IMG/VR virus record: IMGVR_UViG_3300028797_000103
Span: 23,685 to 87,684 of that record
Source: a virus
Taxonomy: Duplodnaviria > Heunggongvirae > Uroviricota > Caudoviricetes
Strand: one strand, 5' to 3'
Length of the DNA: 64,000 bases
The notes beneath the pieces were generated by a model, which made no database searches, was not told the DNA's origin, and was given only the letters and a program-made list of their open reading frames with translations. The position numbers were made by a program, and so were the translations under genes. Each line of letters opens with the position of its first letter. Position 1 is the first letter of the stretch. Below are positions 55,440 through 64,000 of the stretch, one piece after another.

Positions 55440-55634
55440 ATGGAAATAATAAAAAAAGGAAACGAAAACAAGAAAGAATATATGTTCACTTGCCGGGTGT
55501 GTGGATGTGAGGCAAAATTTGACGAATCAGATATTAAAGGAGATCGCGATGGACAGTATATTGTGTGTCCTCAATGTGGACGGTTTGTGTCAATAATGTC
55601 AGATTTTATTAGAGAATTAAACGATAAAAATTAA
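55440..55634 (+). CDS. small zinc-ribbon protein
   Basis: CRVCGC...CPQCG. Confidence 0.6.
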   Translation: MEIIKKGNENKKEYMFTCRVCGCEAKFDESDIKGDRDGQYIVCPQCGRFVSIMSDFIRELNDKN

Positions 55635-55644
55635 GTATAGAAAA

Positions 55645-55962
55645 ATGGCTAAATCAACAGATATGCCGGAACCAAAGGTTCTTAATTATGATTTAAAATA
55701 TCGCGTGACGCAGCTTTTTATCAATGATTTAAAGAAGGTGTTGGCGAATGTTGCTTATGCAGACGCAATAAGATTGTTTGATAAAATAGAAAGTTGTGAA
55801 AGGGTTTTCACTCTGGCTCAGCTCAATGAGTTTATTTCAGAACTTTCAGAATTCCCATATAAGCATGTTGTTGCTATAATGGCAGTTTTGAATCAAAAAG
55901 ATAATTTCTTCAAATACTTTGAAGAACTTGTTCCTGTCCCTGAGAATAAGGATGAAAAATAA
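55645..55962 (+). CDS. hypothetical protein
   Basis: 105-aa ORF in the plus-strand run. Confidence 0.6.
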   Translation: MAKSTDMPEPKVLNYDLKYRVTQLFINDLKKVLANVAYADAIRLFDKIESCERVFTLAQLNEFISELSEFPYKHVVAIMAVLNQKDNFFKYFEELVPVPENKDEK

Positions 55963-55977
55963 GTGTGTTGATGCCAG

Positions 55978-56712
55978 ATGACGAGGAGGGTAGACATATT
56001 CAATTTAGAGAACTCTACAGACAAATTCGCCCCAAAAGAGAGGGATATTGAAATCCTTGGGCGGAGGTTTGTGAATTGTCCGAGCGACAAGAATTTTAGA
56101 GAACTCTATAATAGGATACAATGGGGGTTAAAAAAATACATATTGACTATTGTAAAATCAAATGAATATGTAGACGATGTTTTCTCAAAAACAATTGAGA
56201 TGATTTATTTCAAGAGGAAATCGTATGTGCAATCAAAGGGAAAGTTTTCCACTTGGATATATAAGATAGCGTTGAACAACAGCCTTATGCTTTTGAGAGA
56301 TGGTTATGATAAATTTTTATCAACAGCGATAGACGCAGACATCTCAGAAGTCTATGATAACGAGCTTTTTAAGAATTGTAGAAACGAAATCGATTCTTTT
56401 AATGAAGATGATGATTTTGATCTTGTTATGAAGAACGGGCGCTGGGATAGATATGACAAAAGAAGTGTAACATTTGAAACGTTTGATGCGTCTGTTCGAT
56501 GCATGGACTATCTTCCTGACACATATAAAACGGTTTTAGTGGATAGGTTCATAAATAATAAGAAACTTGAAGATATTGCATCGGATAACAAAATAAACCT
56601 CTCGTCTGTAAAGACTTGGCTGAGAAAGGGGTTAACTGCTCTTGAGAGCGAAATGAATTATAGGGAAAGGGATTTAGTAACCGAATATAAACTGTTCAGT
56701 GAGGCAGTGTAA
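55978..56712 (+). CDS. ECF-type sigma-70 family RNA polymerase sigma factor
   Basis: Region 2 (FRELY...VDDVFSKT...KGKFSTWIYKIALN) and region 4 (LPDTYKTVL...LEDIA...LSSVKTWLRKG). Confidence 0.85.
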   Translation: MTRRVDIFNLENSTDKFAPKERDIEILGRRFVNCPSDKNFRELYNRIQWGLKKYILTIVKSNEYVDDVFSKTIEMIYFKRKSYVQSKGKFSTWIYKIALNNSLMLLRDGYDKFLSTAIDADISEVYDNELFKNCRNEIDSFNEDDDFDLVMKNGRWDRYDKRSVTFETFDASVRCMDYLPDTYKTVLVDRFINNKKLEDIASDNKINLSSVKTWLRKGLTALESEMNYRERDLVTEYKLFSEAV

Positions 56713-56730
56713 AATAAATCAACGATTAAG

Positions 56731-57162
56731 ATGTTTCAATCATTTATAGATCTTAAGAACTTTATCGCTTTCAAGAAGCAGATAAAAAAGGAGATGAGTC
56801 GAGCCGACTCGAAGATGACAAGATACAATATAAATTCAAACTGGCTTGGAAATATATTGTATGTACAGATAAATTGTACAGACGGAGACTTGATGAACGC
56901 CGACTACGATAGAGAGGCTATGGTAATGACAAAACTGAAACCAATCGTAGAATATCTTGGGCGGGAACTTGGTTGGAGCGAATACCTTACACCGCAGATA
57001 TCAAATTTTGTTGACGAGGAAGGAAACCAGTCTCTGTCATACGGGGTGCTGTTTATTTTTGAGGGGTACAGTTTGACCTTATCAAAATTTCTAATATGGA
57101 GCATTATTAACCTTGGTGTTTTAGGTGCTGGGATTTGGGCTATATGTCACTACTTAATATAA
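56731..57162 (+). CDS. hypothetical protein with C-terminal TM helix
   Basis: FLIWSIINLGVLGAGIWAICHYLI at the C-terminus. Confidence 0.65.
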   Translation: MFQSFIDLKNFIAFKKQIKKEMSRADSKMTRYNINSNWLGNILYVQINCTDGDLMNADYDREAMVMTKLKPIVEYLGRELGWSEYLTPQISNFVDEEGNQSLSYGVLFIFEGYSLTLSKFLIWSIINLGVLGAGIWAICHYLI

Positions 57163-57215
57163 AACTGTACAGAAACGTTTATATTAAAGGATATAAACGA
57201 ATTCCGTTTCAACTG

Positions 57216-57368
57216 ATGACCGGAAAGAATATAATTGTTTATTACGGAGATATAATTTTGGGCGTTGAAAGCGAACCAGATAAATATGATAGTAAAAACG
57301 ATTTGTATATCAGTTGTGATTGTGAACTGAAAGAAATTAAATGTTTTACACATACAAAAAGAAAATAA
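57216..57368 (+). CDS. small hypothetical protein (start uncertain; ORF track starts at 57135)
   Basis: Fills the gap between neighbours; ATG 57216 avoids overlap with the upstream gene. Confidence 0.35.
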   Translation: MTGKNIIVYYGDIILGVESEPDKYDSKNDLYISCDCELKEIKCFTHTKRK

Positions 57369-57375
57369 AACGCAA

Positions 57376-58095
57376 ATGGCAAGAAATTTAAAAGTAGACA
57401 AGAAGGCTGTTGATGAAGCAGCTCGTCAGGAAAAACAGAGAAGAGACGCTATCGCTGAGTTCAATGTTAACAACATGGGTAAATTCTGGATTGATCCGGA
57501 CAAAATCCCAACGAATGATGACATTGAAGGAGCAAAGAAAGAATACGAAGATTTCGTAAAGGCTCTCCAGGAAAAGAAGGATTATCTTATCGCTGACAAA
57601 GCAAACGCACTCCGTGTTGCTAAATTTATGCAGAAGTTCATTGACAATTGTCCTTGGACCGGTATGGAGTTCGTTGGTGTGTTGCAGTTCCACGAACTCA
57701 TGCAGCAGTTCATAGATGGATTCGATGAAAACAATCCAGTTGACCTTGTGTTCGAATATGGAGCAATGGAATTCTCATACATCAAGTTTGTTGGTCGCGG
57801 TGGAATCGGAATAGAGTCAGCAAAACAGGCGATGGATGAAAACGACGAGTATGTTCCAATCTGTGACACTCTTTATGACCACCACAATTGGTACGAGCTT
57901 CAGAAGAAGAAAGCCGAGAACATTCAGACAAAGTGGAGAATGTTCGAGCAGGGATATTATCTTTATGTCCTTGAGGGTGCTGAAGCCGATCCAACAGAAA
58001 CGGACGGAACAACGACAGAAGATAAATCAGTAGAAACAACCGGTGAGGGCGGCGTAGAAGGCGAGTGTGCCGGAAAATGCAACGAAAAAGAGTAA
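57376..58095 (+). CDS. hypothetical acidic protein
   Basis: 239 aa; followed by a terminator. Confidence 0.7.
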   Translation: MARNLKVDKKAVDEAARQEKQRRDAIAEFNVNNMGKFWIDPDKIPTNDDIEGAKKEYEDFVKALQEKKDYLIADKANALRVAKFMQKFIDNCPWTGMEFVGVLQFHELMQQFIDGFDENNPVDLVFEYGAMEFSYIKFVGRGGIGIESAKQAMDENDEYVPICDTLYDHHNWYELQKKKAENIQTKWRMFEQGYYLYVLEGAEADPTETDGTTTEDKSVETTGEGGVEGECAGKCNEKE

Positions 58096-58112
58096 AATCT
58101 TTACATGGAATA

Positions 58113-58145
58113 AAATAAAGCGGTTCAACTCGAACCGCTTTATTT
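58113..58145. terminator. bidirectional intrinsic terminator
   Basis: AAATAAAGCGGTTC-aactc-GAACCGCTTTATTT between convergent genes. Confidence 0.85.
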
Positions 58146-58147
58146 GT

Positions 58148-61100
58148 TTATTGTTCATTTACGTTCTTATCGTATGTTATTATTCCGTCTAGGAATTTAT
58201 TATATTTGTTTCCATTTTCATCGTAAACGGTCAAGTCTATATCATACGTTCCCTCTTCCGGCAAAACAAACGCAACCATTCTATTCCAGCATTCCAAAAG
58301 AAGTTCATGCTTTGCGTTTGTGTATTGTCTGAACAGTTTCCACCTTACTGTATATTTGGTTGGCTCTTCGTCGAACGCTCTTCCGAGGAGAGGTTTTACA
58401 ATAATTCTTGGGTCAGATGTTCTTAACGGACAGTTGTATGTGTACAAAGATTGTTCGTTTATGTCAGCCCACATTTTCTCTCCGTTTCTGGAATCAAAAT
58501 CAAGAAAACCGACGGCAAGTGTAGGATCAAGGAAATATCCATATTCTCTACTTCTATCATCACCAAGAACGATTGAACCGTCTTTAAAGTTCGATAAAGA
58601 ACCATCAAGTTTTAAAGATGTTGAAAAGAATGTTCCGACTGCTGGTGATATCTGAACAAATCTAGCGTCTTCGCTATCGCATCTTATTTCTGTGTCACAT
58701 GTTAATATTTTTTGGTTTCCAGATTGTTCTGTTTCATTAAACTTTACTGACACAAATCCACATTTGTCTGTGGAAGCTAATAATTTCATTTTATACACAA
58801 GTCCTTCGGATATTATACATTCTTCTGTAGATGTATCAACTCTAAATACGTTTCCCGGATCGATTTCTTTCAGCGATGTCGCATCATTTCTCCAGTTTGG
58901 AAAAACATATATATCATATTTTCTCTTATCCAAGAACCGTTTAAATTCAACATAATCTTCATTGCTTATTAGAATATCAAATTCTGTATAATTTTCATTT
59001 TGATTAAAATACATATTTGAAAATTTTGCATCATAAATCAAAACCGGGTAATCTGTTGCGTTATCTACTAAAACAATTTTGCAATCATGTTCTTTATCCG
59101 TTTCGCTGTTTGTGAAATAGTGCTGGCGATTTCTTCCAAAATCAATATGGAACGTCATGCATTTTTGAGATTGGTCCGAAGAAGGTTCAACTCTGTATAG
59201 CGTTGCTCTTTGGGAATTTATCATCACCTTTCCATATTTTCTCACATAAGAGTTGTTTTCAATTCCATCATAGTCCAGTTCAATGGATACTGTTGATGAA
59301 TCTACACCATTAACTGAAGAAATTTCTCGTTTTGGACAATACTTATATATAAACGTACTTGGATCATTTATTGTGAATGGATTTGTTGCCTCCTTGCCTT
59401 CAAAATCAAATTCGTTGTTACTGTAATCTGATGTTGAATATGTGCTAGCGTCTATATCCGATGAAACTACGTTTATTTTCTCGCAAAGTTTTTTTGAGAA
59501 CATATTGTTCCATTGATCTAGAATTACGGCATCTATATCATAAATTCCAGCATTCTTGACAATTATCTCACAAGATGAATTGCTGCGTATAGCTCCATTT
59601 ATGTGTTCATCTCCATCTGGCTCGTTGTTATAATTGATTATAAAATCGGTATACGCTTGATTTGGCGTAAATCTCTCAACCCAATTTTGTTCAGATTCTA
59701 TTGATGATAGATATTTATACATCGTCACAGACTCTGAATATTGCAAAACTTTTGGTGTGATGACAACATTTCCAGATTCAGAAGAATATTCCAATATTAT
59801 TTTCCTGTTGTTGTCGGCATCATTAAATATCAAACGACCGTCTCTTATTTGTAATCTTTCTGATTCTGATATATCGCATGTGAACAACCCTCCGTTTGTT
59901 TGAGAACATTCGTATCCGATTATTTTCAAAACGGCGTCGTTTGATTTTGTATCCCTGTTATACACAAGACCGTATGTTCTAACGTCTTTTCCGTATTCCT
60001 GTTCATTGTGTATCGGTATCGATGAATTGGAAAATGCGGGCTTTAGGGTGACTAGGCTGCTATATGAATTGAAAGTGCCGGTGTGAGTTGGAGGAATCAA
60101 AGTTATTTTTCTGTATGCAGTTTCAACTGAATTTATAATACATACATTTTTTGACTCATTGAACTCTATATTAACATCTCCAATTTTTCCAGATTTTATC
60201 TCTATTATAGGGGGGTTATTAAATATTGATATGTTCGGATTTTCTATCGAGTCATCTGGGTCGAAAAACATTTCTCCTTCATCTACAATAATTCCACAAG
60301 TTCCATTAAGAACCATAGACTCTCCTCCAAGTCTTATTGAATCGAGGGTTCCCTTTGCTTTAAATTCTATTGTATTTAAGTTGTCGTGAAGCTCAATGCA
60401 TCTTCCAAAATAAACAATGTTGTCATCATCGTCGGACGATGAAGAAAGTTCTCTAAAAATCCAATCTTCGCCGTCCTCTACGAATTTTCCTTCAGCAAAA
60501 TAATAAAACGATTTTCCTTTATAGTCTTCTATTCTTCCGAGTTCATCGCTAGTATTGACATTAACTCTAATTGAAGCTGATGCATCTTTCAATACAAAAG
60601 CCCTTGAGTGAGAATTGGCGCCAATGGATTTTTCATTTGTGTAATCGAATACCTGTTGATATGAACCATATTTTGGCATAGAAAATCTTTCGAATACTAT
60701 ACCCTCACCGCCAACGTCAGTTATTCTTGCGTTTACGCCTATTATGTATTTCTCAAGCCACTTCTTAAGACTTATCAGCTTTAGGATCTTATCTCTCGTG
60801 TAGTAATTTTCTTTCTTTATTACGCTTGGAAATCCATATATGTCTATTGGCTTGGAATTGTCCTCTTCTTCAAGTCTATACATCATAGAAAGCCAGTTCA
60901 GCTTTTTAAGATGTATTCTTTCCTCTATGGTTTTGTTCGTTATGCTGTTTTGTTTTGACGTAGAACCAGCCGTGATGTCATACGCGACATAACCTCTATT
61001 ATCCTTTATTTCCCCACCGATTTCTCTATACCACTCTTTAAAGAATATATCATCATATCCAAGAAGCTTTGTTGCGTTAAACAAAGCCTTATATGAACCA

Positions 61101-62173
61101 GCATATGGGAAGATTTCAGAATACGTAAGGAACGTTTTCTTCGCGTGTCTGTTTATTTTTCTATAGTCTGGCTTATCATCATTGTCGTTTGAATCTGAGA
61201 AAACCCGCTCGGTTTCTATTGGGTCCGGCAAACCAAAGTTTGTGAATAAAGTTTTATATCTTTCATCGAACCCCTCGGTCTCAGCTTTCATTGTTATTTT
61301 TCCAATGATGTGTATCGCACCGTTTGTGTATTCTCCGTCATCGAGTTCTGCAAGGCACATATAAATCTTTTCTTCATATACGCCTTCGTTTTCTCCCGAA
61401 AATCCTATGTCTACTCTGTATCCGTTTTGCGGTCCCGGATCTAAGCCGTTTTTAAAATTTATGAACTGTCTATCTGTCCATGTAATTTCATCGCTGGATA
61501 CAGTAAATATTCTAAAGTCAGATTGTTCTCGGCAATCTATGAAAAAGAATAATCCGTATTTTTTTATGAACGCCTCTGAGTAATAAATCTTGTTCGGATC
61601 TTCTGAAACATAAGTTGAGACGTCTACGTATCTTCCATTGCTTTCAACTAAAGCATACAGAGTTTGTGTTTCTATTAGTTCTGTTGAAACTTTTTCGAAC
61701 ACAAGGTTTGATTCAAATGTTGATGATGGGAAAGGTATTCTGTTATCAACAATTCTGTTTCCACTTATCTGTATTCCAAGAGATTGAAGGAAAGATTTTT
61801 TGTTTGCCGTTGTCCAGTGGTCATAATCTATATCGAGCTCGTATTTTGTTCCGTCGCTAGATTCATATGGAACAAAACTATCAAGACCTACATTGACTTG
61901 AAATCTTTCTGGAACGGCTGTTCCATTTATTGTGACGATTGCAGTTACAACCGGATTTCCGTCATTGTATCTAGTTCCGGGTTTTATTTTGTATAGGGTG
62001 GAGTTTATTAGTTCATTTCCATACGCAACGAACGCATATTCTGCGCTTTCATTTTCGTGTTCGCTATTTATAAATTTGAACACTACTGCGTGTTTGTATG
62101 ATAGCATTAGCTCACACCCGTCTTTATCGAATAGGTGAATTTTATTATAATTAAATGAACATGTTGTAGCCAT
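58148..62173 (-). CDS. baseplate wedge protein (gp7-like) with C-terminal PKD/Ig-like repeat
   Basis: IFPYAGSYKALFNATKLLGY resembles gp7/P2 gpI; EGTYDIDLTVYDENG is PKD-like. Confidence 0.55.
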   Translation of the reverse strand: MATTCSFNYNKIHLFDKDGCELMLSYKHAVVFKFINSEHENESAEYAFVAYGNELINSTLYKIKPGTRYNDGNPVVTAIVTINGTAVPERFQVNVGLDSFVPYESSDGTKYELDIDYDHWTTANKKSFLQSLGIQISGNRIVDNRIPFPSSTFESNLVFEKVSTELIETQTLYALVESNGRYVDVSTYVSEDPNKIYYSEAFIKKYGLFFFIDCREQSDFRIFTVSSDEITWTDRQFINFKNGLDPGPQNGYRVDIGFSGENEGVYEEKIYMCLAELDDGEYTNGAIHIIGKITMKAETEGFDERYKTLFTNFGLPDPIETERVFSDSNDNDDKPDYRKINRHAKKTFLTYSEIFPYAGSYKALFNATKLLGYDDIFFKEWYREIGGEIKDNRGYVAYDITAGSTSKQNSITNKTIEERIHLKKLNWLSMMYRLEEEDNSKPIDIYGFPSVIKKENYYTRDKILKLISLKKWLEKYIIGVNARITDVGGEGIVFERFSMPKYGSYQQVFDYTNEKSIGANSHSRAFVLKDASASIRVNVNTSDELGRIEDYKGKSFYYFAEGKFVEDGEDWIFRELSSSSDDDDNIVYFGRCIELHDNLNTIEFKAKGTLDSIRLGGESMVLNGTCGIIVDEGEMFFDPDDSIENPNISIFNNPPIIEIKSGKIGDVNIEFNESKNVCIINSVETAYRKITLIPPTHTGTFNSYSSLVTLKPAFSNSSIPIHNEQEYGKDVRTYGLVYNRDTKSNDAVLKIIGYECSQTNGGLFTCDISESERLQIRDGRLIFNDADNNRKIILEYSSESGNVVITPKVLQYSESVTMYKYLSSIESEQNWVERFTPNQAYTDFIINYNNEPDGDEHINGAIRSNSSCEIIVKNAGIYDIDAVILDQWNNMFSKKLCEKINVVSSDIDASTYSTSDYSNNEFDFEGKEATNPFTINDPSTFIYKYCPKREISSVNGVDSSTVSIELDYDGIENNSYVRKYGKVMINSQRATLYRVEPSSDQSQKCMTFHIDFGRNRQHYFTNSETDKEHDCKIVLVDNATDYPVLIYDAKFSNMYFNQNENYTEFDILISNEDYVEFKRFLDKRKYDIYVFPNWRNDATSLKEIDPGNVFRVDTSTEECIISEGLVYKMKLLASTDKCGFVSVKFNETEQSGNQKILTCDTEIRCDSEDARFVQISPAVGTFFSTSLKLDGSLSNFKDGSIVLGDDRSREYGYFLDPTLAVGFLDFDSRNGEKMWADINEQSLYTYNCPLRTSDPRIIVKPLLGRAFDEEPTKYTVRWKLFRQYTNAKHELLLECWNRMVAFVLPEEGTYDIDLTVYDENGNKYNKFLDGIITYDKNVNEQ

Positions 62174-62176
62174 ATG

Positions 62177-62431
62177 TTATCTTATTCTTGTATCATTTTT
62201 ATCAAGAGAGAACATATAATGTATTCTAACTTGTTTTACGCAGTCTATCAAATATTGGATCATCGGTTCTATCTTATCCAATAATGCCGCATTAACCTTA
62301 TTCTGAAAAAGAATATGGCTCATAGATTTTCTGAATATCTTTCCTTTATAGTTGTATCCTAGATTGGTGTAATTGTCCTCGTGTCTGGATGCAAACCAAC
62401 GTGCGCTTTTTTTGTTTGGTAAATATGCCAC
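62177..62431 (-). CDS. small late protein, probably baseplate-associated
   Basis: GTG start 22 nt after AATAAATA; adjacent to the gp7-like gene. Confidence 0.6.
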   Translation of the reverse strand: MAYLPNKKSARWFASRHEDNYTNLGYNYKGKIFRKSMSHILFQNKVNAALLDKIEPMIQYLIDCVKQVRIHYMFSLDKNDTRIR

Positions 62432-62453
62432 AACTTGATAAAATACGTTTCTT

Positions 62454-62461
62454 TATTTATT
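62454..62461 (-). promoter_or_regulatory. putative late promoter
   Basis: AATAAATA 22 nt before GTG 62431. Confidence 0.6.
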
Positions 62462-62476
62462 CGTTTTAAGATTTTT

Positions 62477-62489
62477 CCGTATATTTGCA
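62477..62489 (+). promoter_or_regulatory. Bacteroidetes-type promoter -7 element
   Basis: CCGTATATTTGCA before 62504. Confidence 0.75.
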
Positions 62490-62503
62490 AAAAAGTATTG
62501 GAT

Positions 62504-62734
62504 ATGATTGAGTTAATTGTTACATATGCGATATTCGCACTTTTTGTTTTTCTGGCACTTACTGTACCATTTATAAGACGAGTTTTTTCTTTGAGATACG
62601 AAAAATCATCAAAAAAGACCTGTATCATATCGTCTTTGAAGCGAATCGGCATTGCATTATTGATATCGTTGTTATGGCCACTTGTTTTGTTTTTGCTTTG
62701 TCTCGGAGGACTTTTCTATAAGATTGATTTTTAA
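62504..62734 (+). CDS. small two-TM membrane protein (early)
   Basis: Two hydrophobic helices; ATG 62504 follows the host-type promoter. Confidence 0.6.
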   Translation: MIELIVTYAIFALFVFLALTVPFIRRVFSLRYEKSSKKTCIISSLKRIGIALLISLLWPLVLFLLCLGGLFYKIDF

Positions 62735-62748
62735 TTTTAAAAATGTTT

Positions 62749-62761
62749 CCGTATATTTGCA
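62749..62761 (+). promoter_or_regulatory. Bacteroidetes-type promoter -7 element
   Basis: CCGTATATTTGCA before 62786. Confidence 0.75.
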
Positions 62762-62785
62762 CCGTCAACATAAAAGTAAGATACA

Positions 62786-63373
62786 ATGACAGATAATAAA
62801 AAGAAGATTTTGAAGCACATTGTGATAGACATTGTACTGTCTATTGCTGTGTCTGTTTTATACTTTTTCCTCATTGATAATGGCTGGCTGAACTCGACGT
62901 TAGTGTTCGCCGGTAGTTTCGGAATACTTATGATTCCTTGTTTGCTTGAACTGATGTTTTCTAAGGAAACAGATCCACAGGAGTTTGAAACGATATATTA
63001 TTACGAGGGATATAATAAAAGTGGAGTGTGCCGGGTTCATCAACTGTTTGGAGATCCAGATGACCAGAATAATATGAAAAAGTCTTACAACTTTTTAGAC
63101 AAGAGTGGTAAGGTTCTTTTTGATGATTGGTTTTATTTGTGCACGGATTTCGATGACGAATATGGAGTAGCATCGGTTTGCAAGGAAGAAGACGGGCTTT
63201 GGTATGTCGTTAACGCGTCCGGCGAATACGTAACGAAGAAGGGATACGATTATATGAGCAACGTTTTTGCCGGTGTTGTGAAGGTGATGGATGAAGACCA
63301 CAATGTTAATTTTGTCGATGTTAGAACTGGAATGGAGTTGTGGGAAAATTCAAAAAAAGAATTAAGCTTATAA
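62786..63373 (+). CDS. membrane-anchored WG-repeat-like protein (early)
   Basis: Two N-terminal TMs, then YNFLDKSGKVL / WYVVNASGEYV / VNFVDVRTG repeats; has its own host-type promoter. Confidence 0.6.
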   Translation: MTDNKKKILKHIVIDIVLSIAVSVLYFFLIDNGWLNSTLVFAGSFGILMIPCLLELMFSKETDPQEFETIYYYEGYNKSGVCRVHQLFGDPDDQNNMKKSYNFLDKSGKVLFDDWFYLCTDFDDEYGVASVCKEEDGLWYVVNASGEYVTKKGYDYMSNVFAGVVKVMDEDHNVNFVDVRTGMELWENSKKELSL

Positions 63374-63375
63374 AT

Positions 63376-63657
63376 ATGTTTGTGTGTGACACAATAGAAC
63401 TATCAAACAGATATGGAAAAGTATCTTCAACTTTGAAAAAAATTGATGATAAAAGTTTCATTTGGTCAACAACAGACGAATCTCCATATTATAGAGTTGG
63501 AGGAAGGTGTGATGGAGATGGAGAAATTTCGTTTCTGGACCCGGACGGTGGTCCATTCATATCTTCAGGAACAGTTATAGACTGCGGAAACGGAGAAAAT
63601 GTTGTTGTAAAAAGCATTGAGAGAAAAGATAGCAAATACATTGTAACTATAGAATAA
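63376..63657 (+). CDS. hypothetical protein (FLDPDGGPFI motif)
   Basis: 93 aa from ATG 63376, directly after the upstream stop. Confidence 0.6.
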   Translation: MFVCDTIELSNRYGKVSSTLKKIDDKSFIWSTTDESPYYRVGGRCDGDGEISFLDPDGGPFISSGTVIDCGNGENVVVKSIERKDSKYIVTIE

Positions 63658-63658
63658 G

Positions 63659-64000
63659 ATGAGAGAACGCGATGTTAAATTTAATTATGATGACATAACA
63701 GTCATCCCAGCCGTGCAGACAGACATTCGGTCAAGAAAGGAATGCAACTGCTATACAGAAGACGGCATGCTCCCGATATGGTGCTCTCCTATGGACACTG
63801 TAATAGGTCTAGACAATTGGGAGACTTTTTATGATAACAAGATAAATGTCGTAATCCCAAGAACCATTGGGTATGGCGAGAGAATTCGTTTGCTTATCGG
63901 TACAGCAGAGAAAGGCAGACGCCACCCATTTGTTGCATTTTCGTTGGATGAGGCTAAAAACATTCCGAGACTTGTTGTTTTGGAAGGGTTCAAGAAAGAG
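63659..64000 (+). CDS. IMP dehydrogenase/GMP reductase family, 5' part only
   Basis: Hand-translated MRERDVKFNYDDITVIP...IRSRKE...LPIWCSPMDTVI matches the IMPDH/GMPR N-terminus (FDDVLLxP...SPMDTVT); open to the window end. Confidence 0.75.
   Translation, partial: MRERDVKFNYDDITVIPAVQTDIRSRKECNCYTEDGMLPIWCSPMDTVIGLDNWETFYDNKINVVIPRTIGYGERIRLLIGTAEKGRRHPFVAFSLDEAKNIPRLVVLEGFKKE

Noticed and set aside
1-64000. Stop-codon reassignment (TAG->Gln) as in Lak and some crAss-like phages
   Set aside because: Genes up to 1833 aa are uninterrupted under the standard code, and TAG ends uvsW (28534-28536) and the 554..724 ORF.

Overview
64 kb of an AT-rich, gene-dense, tailed dsDNA myovirus with distant T4-like core genes; jumbo-phage size is inferred from the gene content. 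It encodes portal (gp20), gp2, gp4, neck (gp13/14-like), tail terminator (gp15-like), baseplate (gp5, gp53, gp26/51, gp27- and gp7-like) and several very large unassigned virion proteins. These are interleaved with UvsX/UvsY/UvsW, NAD-dependent ligase, a DinG-like helicase, ThyX, a partial IMPDH/GMP reductase, three glycosyltransferases, a Dps-like ferritin, a GH73-like muramidase and two sigma factors (gp55-like and ECF-like). The genetic code appears standard (TAG is used as a stop). Three promoter classes can be read directly from the DNA: C[CA]GTATATTTGCA (Bacteroidetes housekeeping -7 element, 6 copies), AAACTTTTTT-N9-GCATATAAT (3 copies, one in front of gp55) and RATAAATA (14 copies, 13 of them 20-25 nt before start codons). 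Together they suggest a host sigma -> phage ECF sigma -> gp55 cascade in a Bacteroidetes phage. Other highlights: a shared N-terminal leader on two unrelated late enzymes (possible capsid-targeting/protease signal), a tail-operon protein ending in a 2x[4Fe-4S] ferredoxin with a zinc ribbon inserted, a candidate G/GT-type frameshift at gp26/gp51, paralogous fibre-like genes, and candidate virion glycosylation. No tRNA, rRNA, CRISPR array, intron, intein or mobile element was seen. All family calls come from recognised motifs and gene context, not from database searches.
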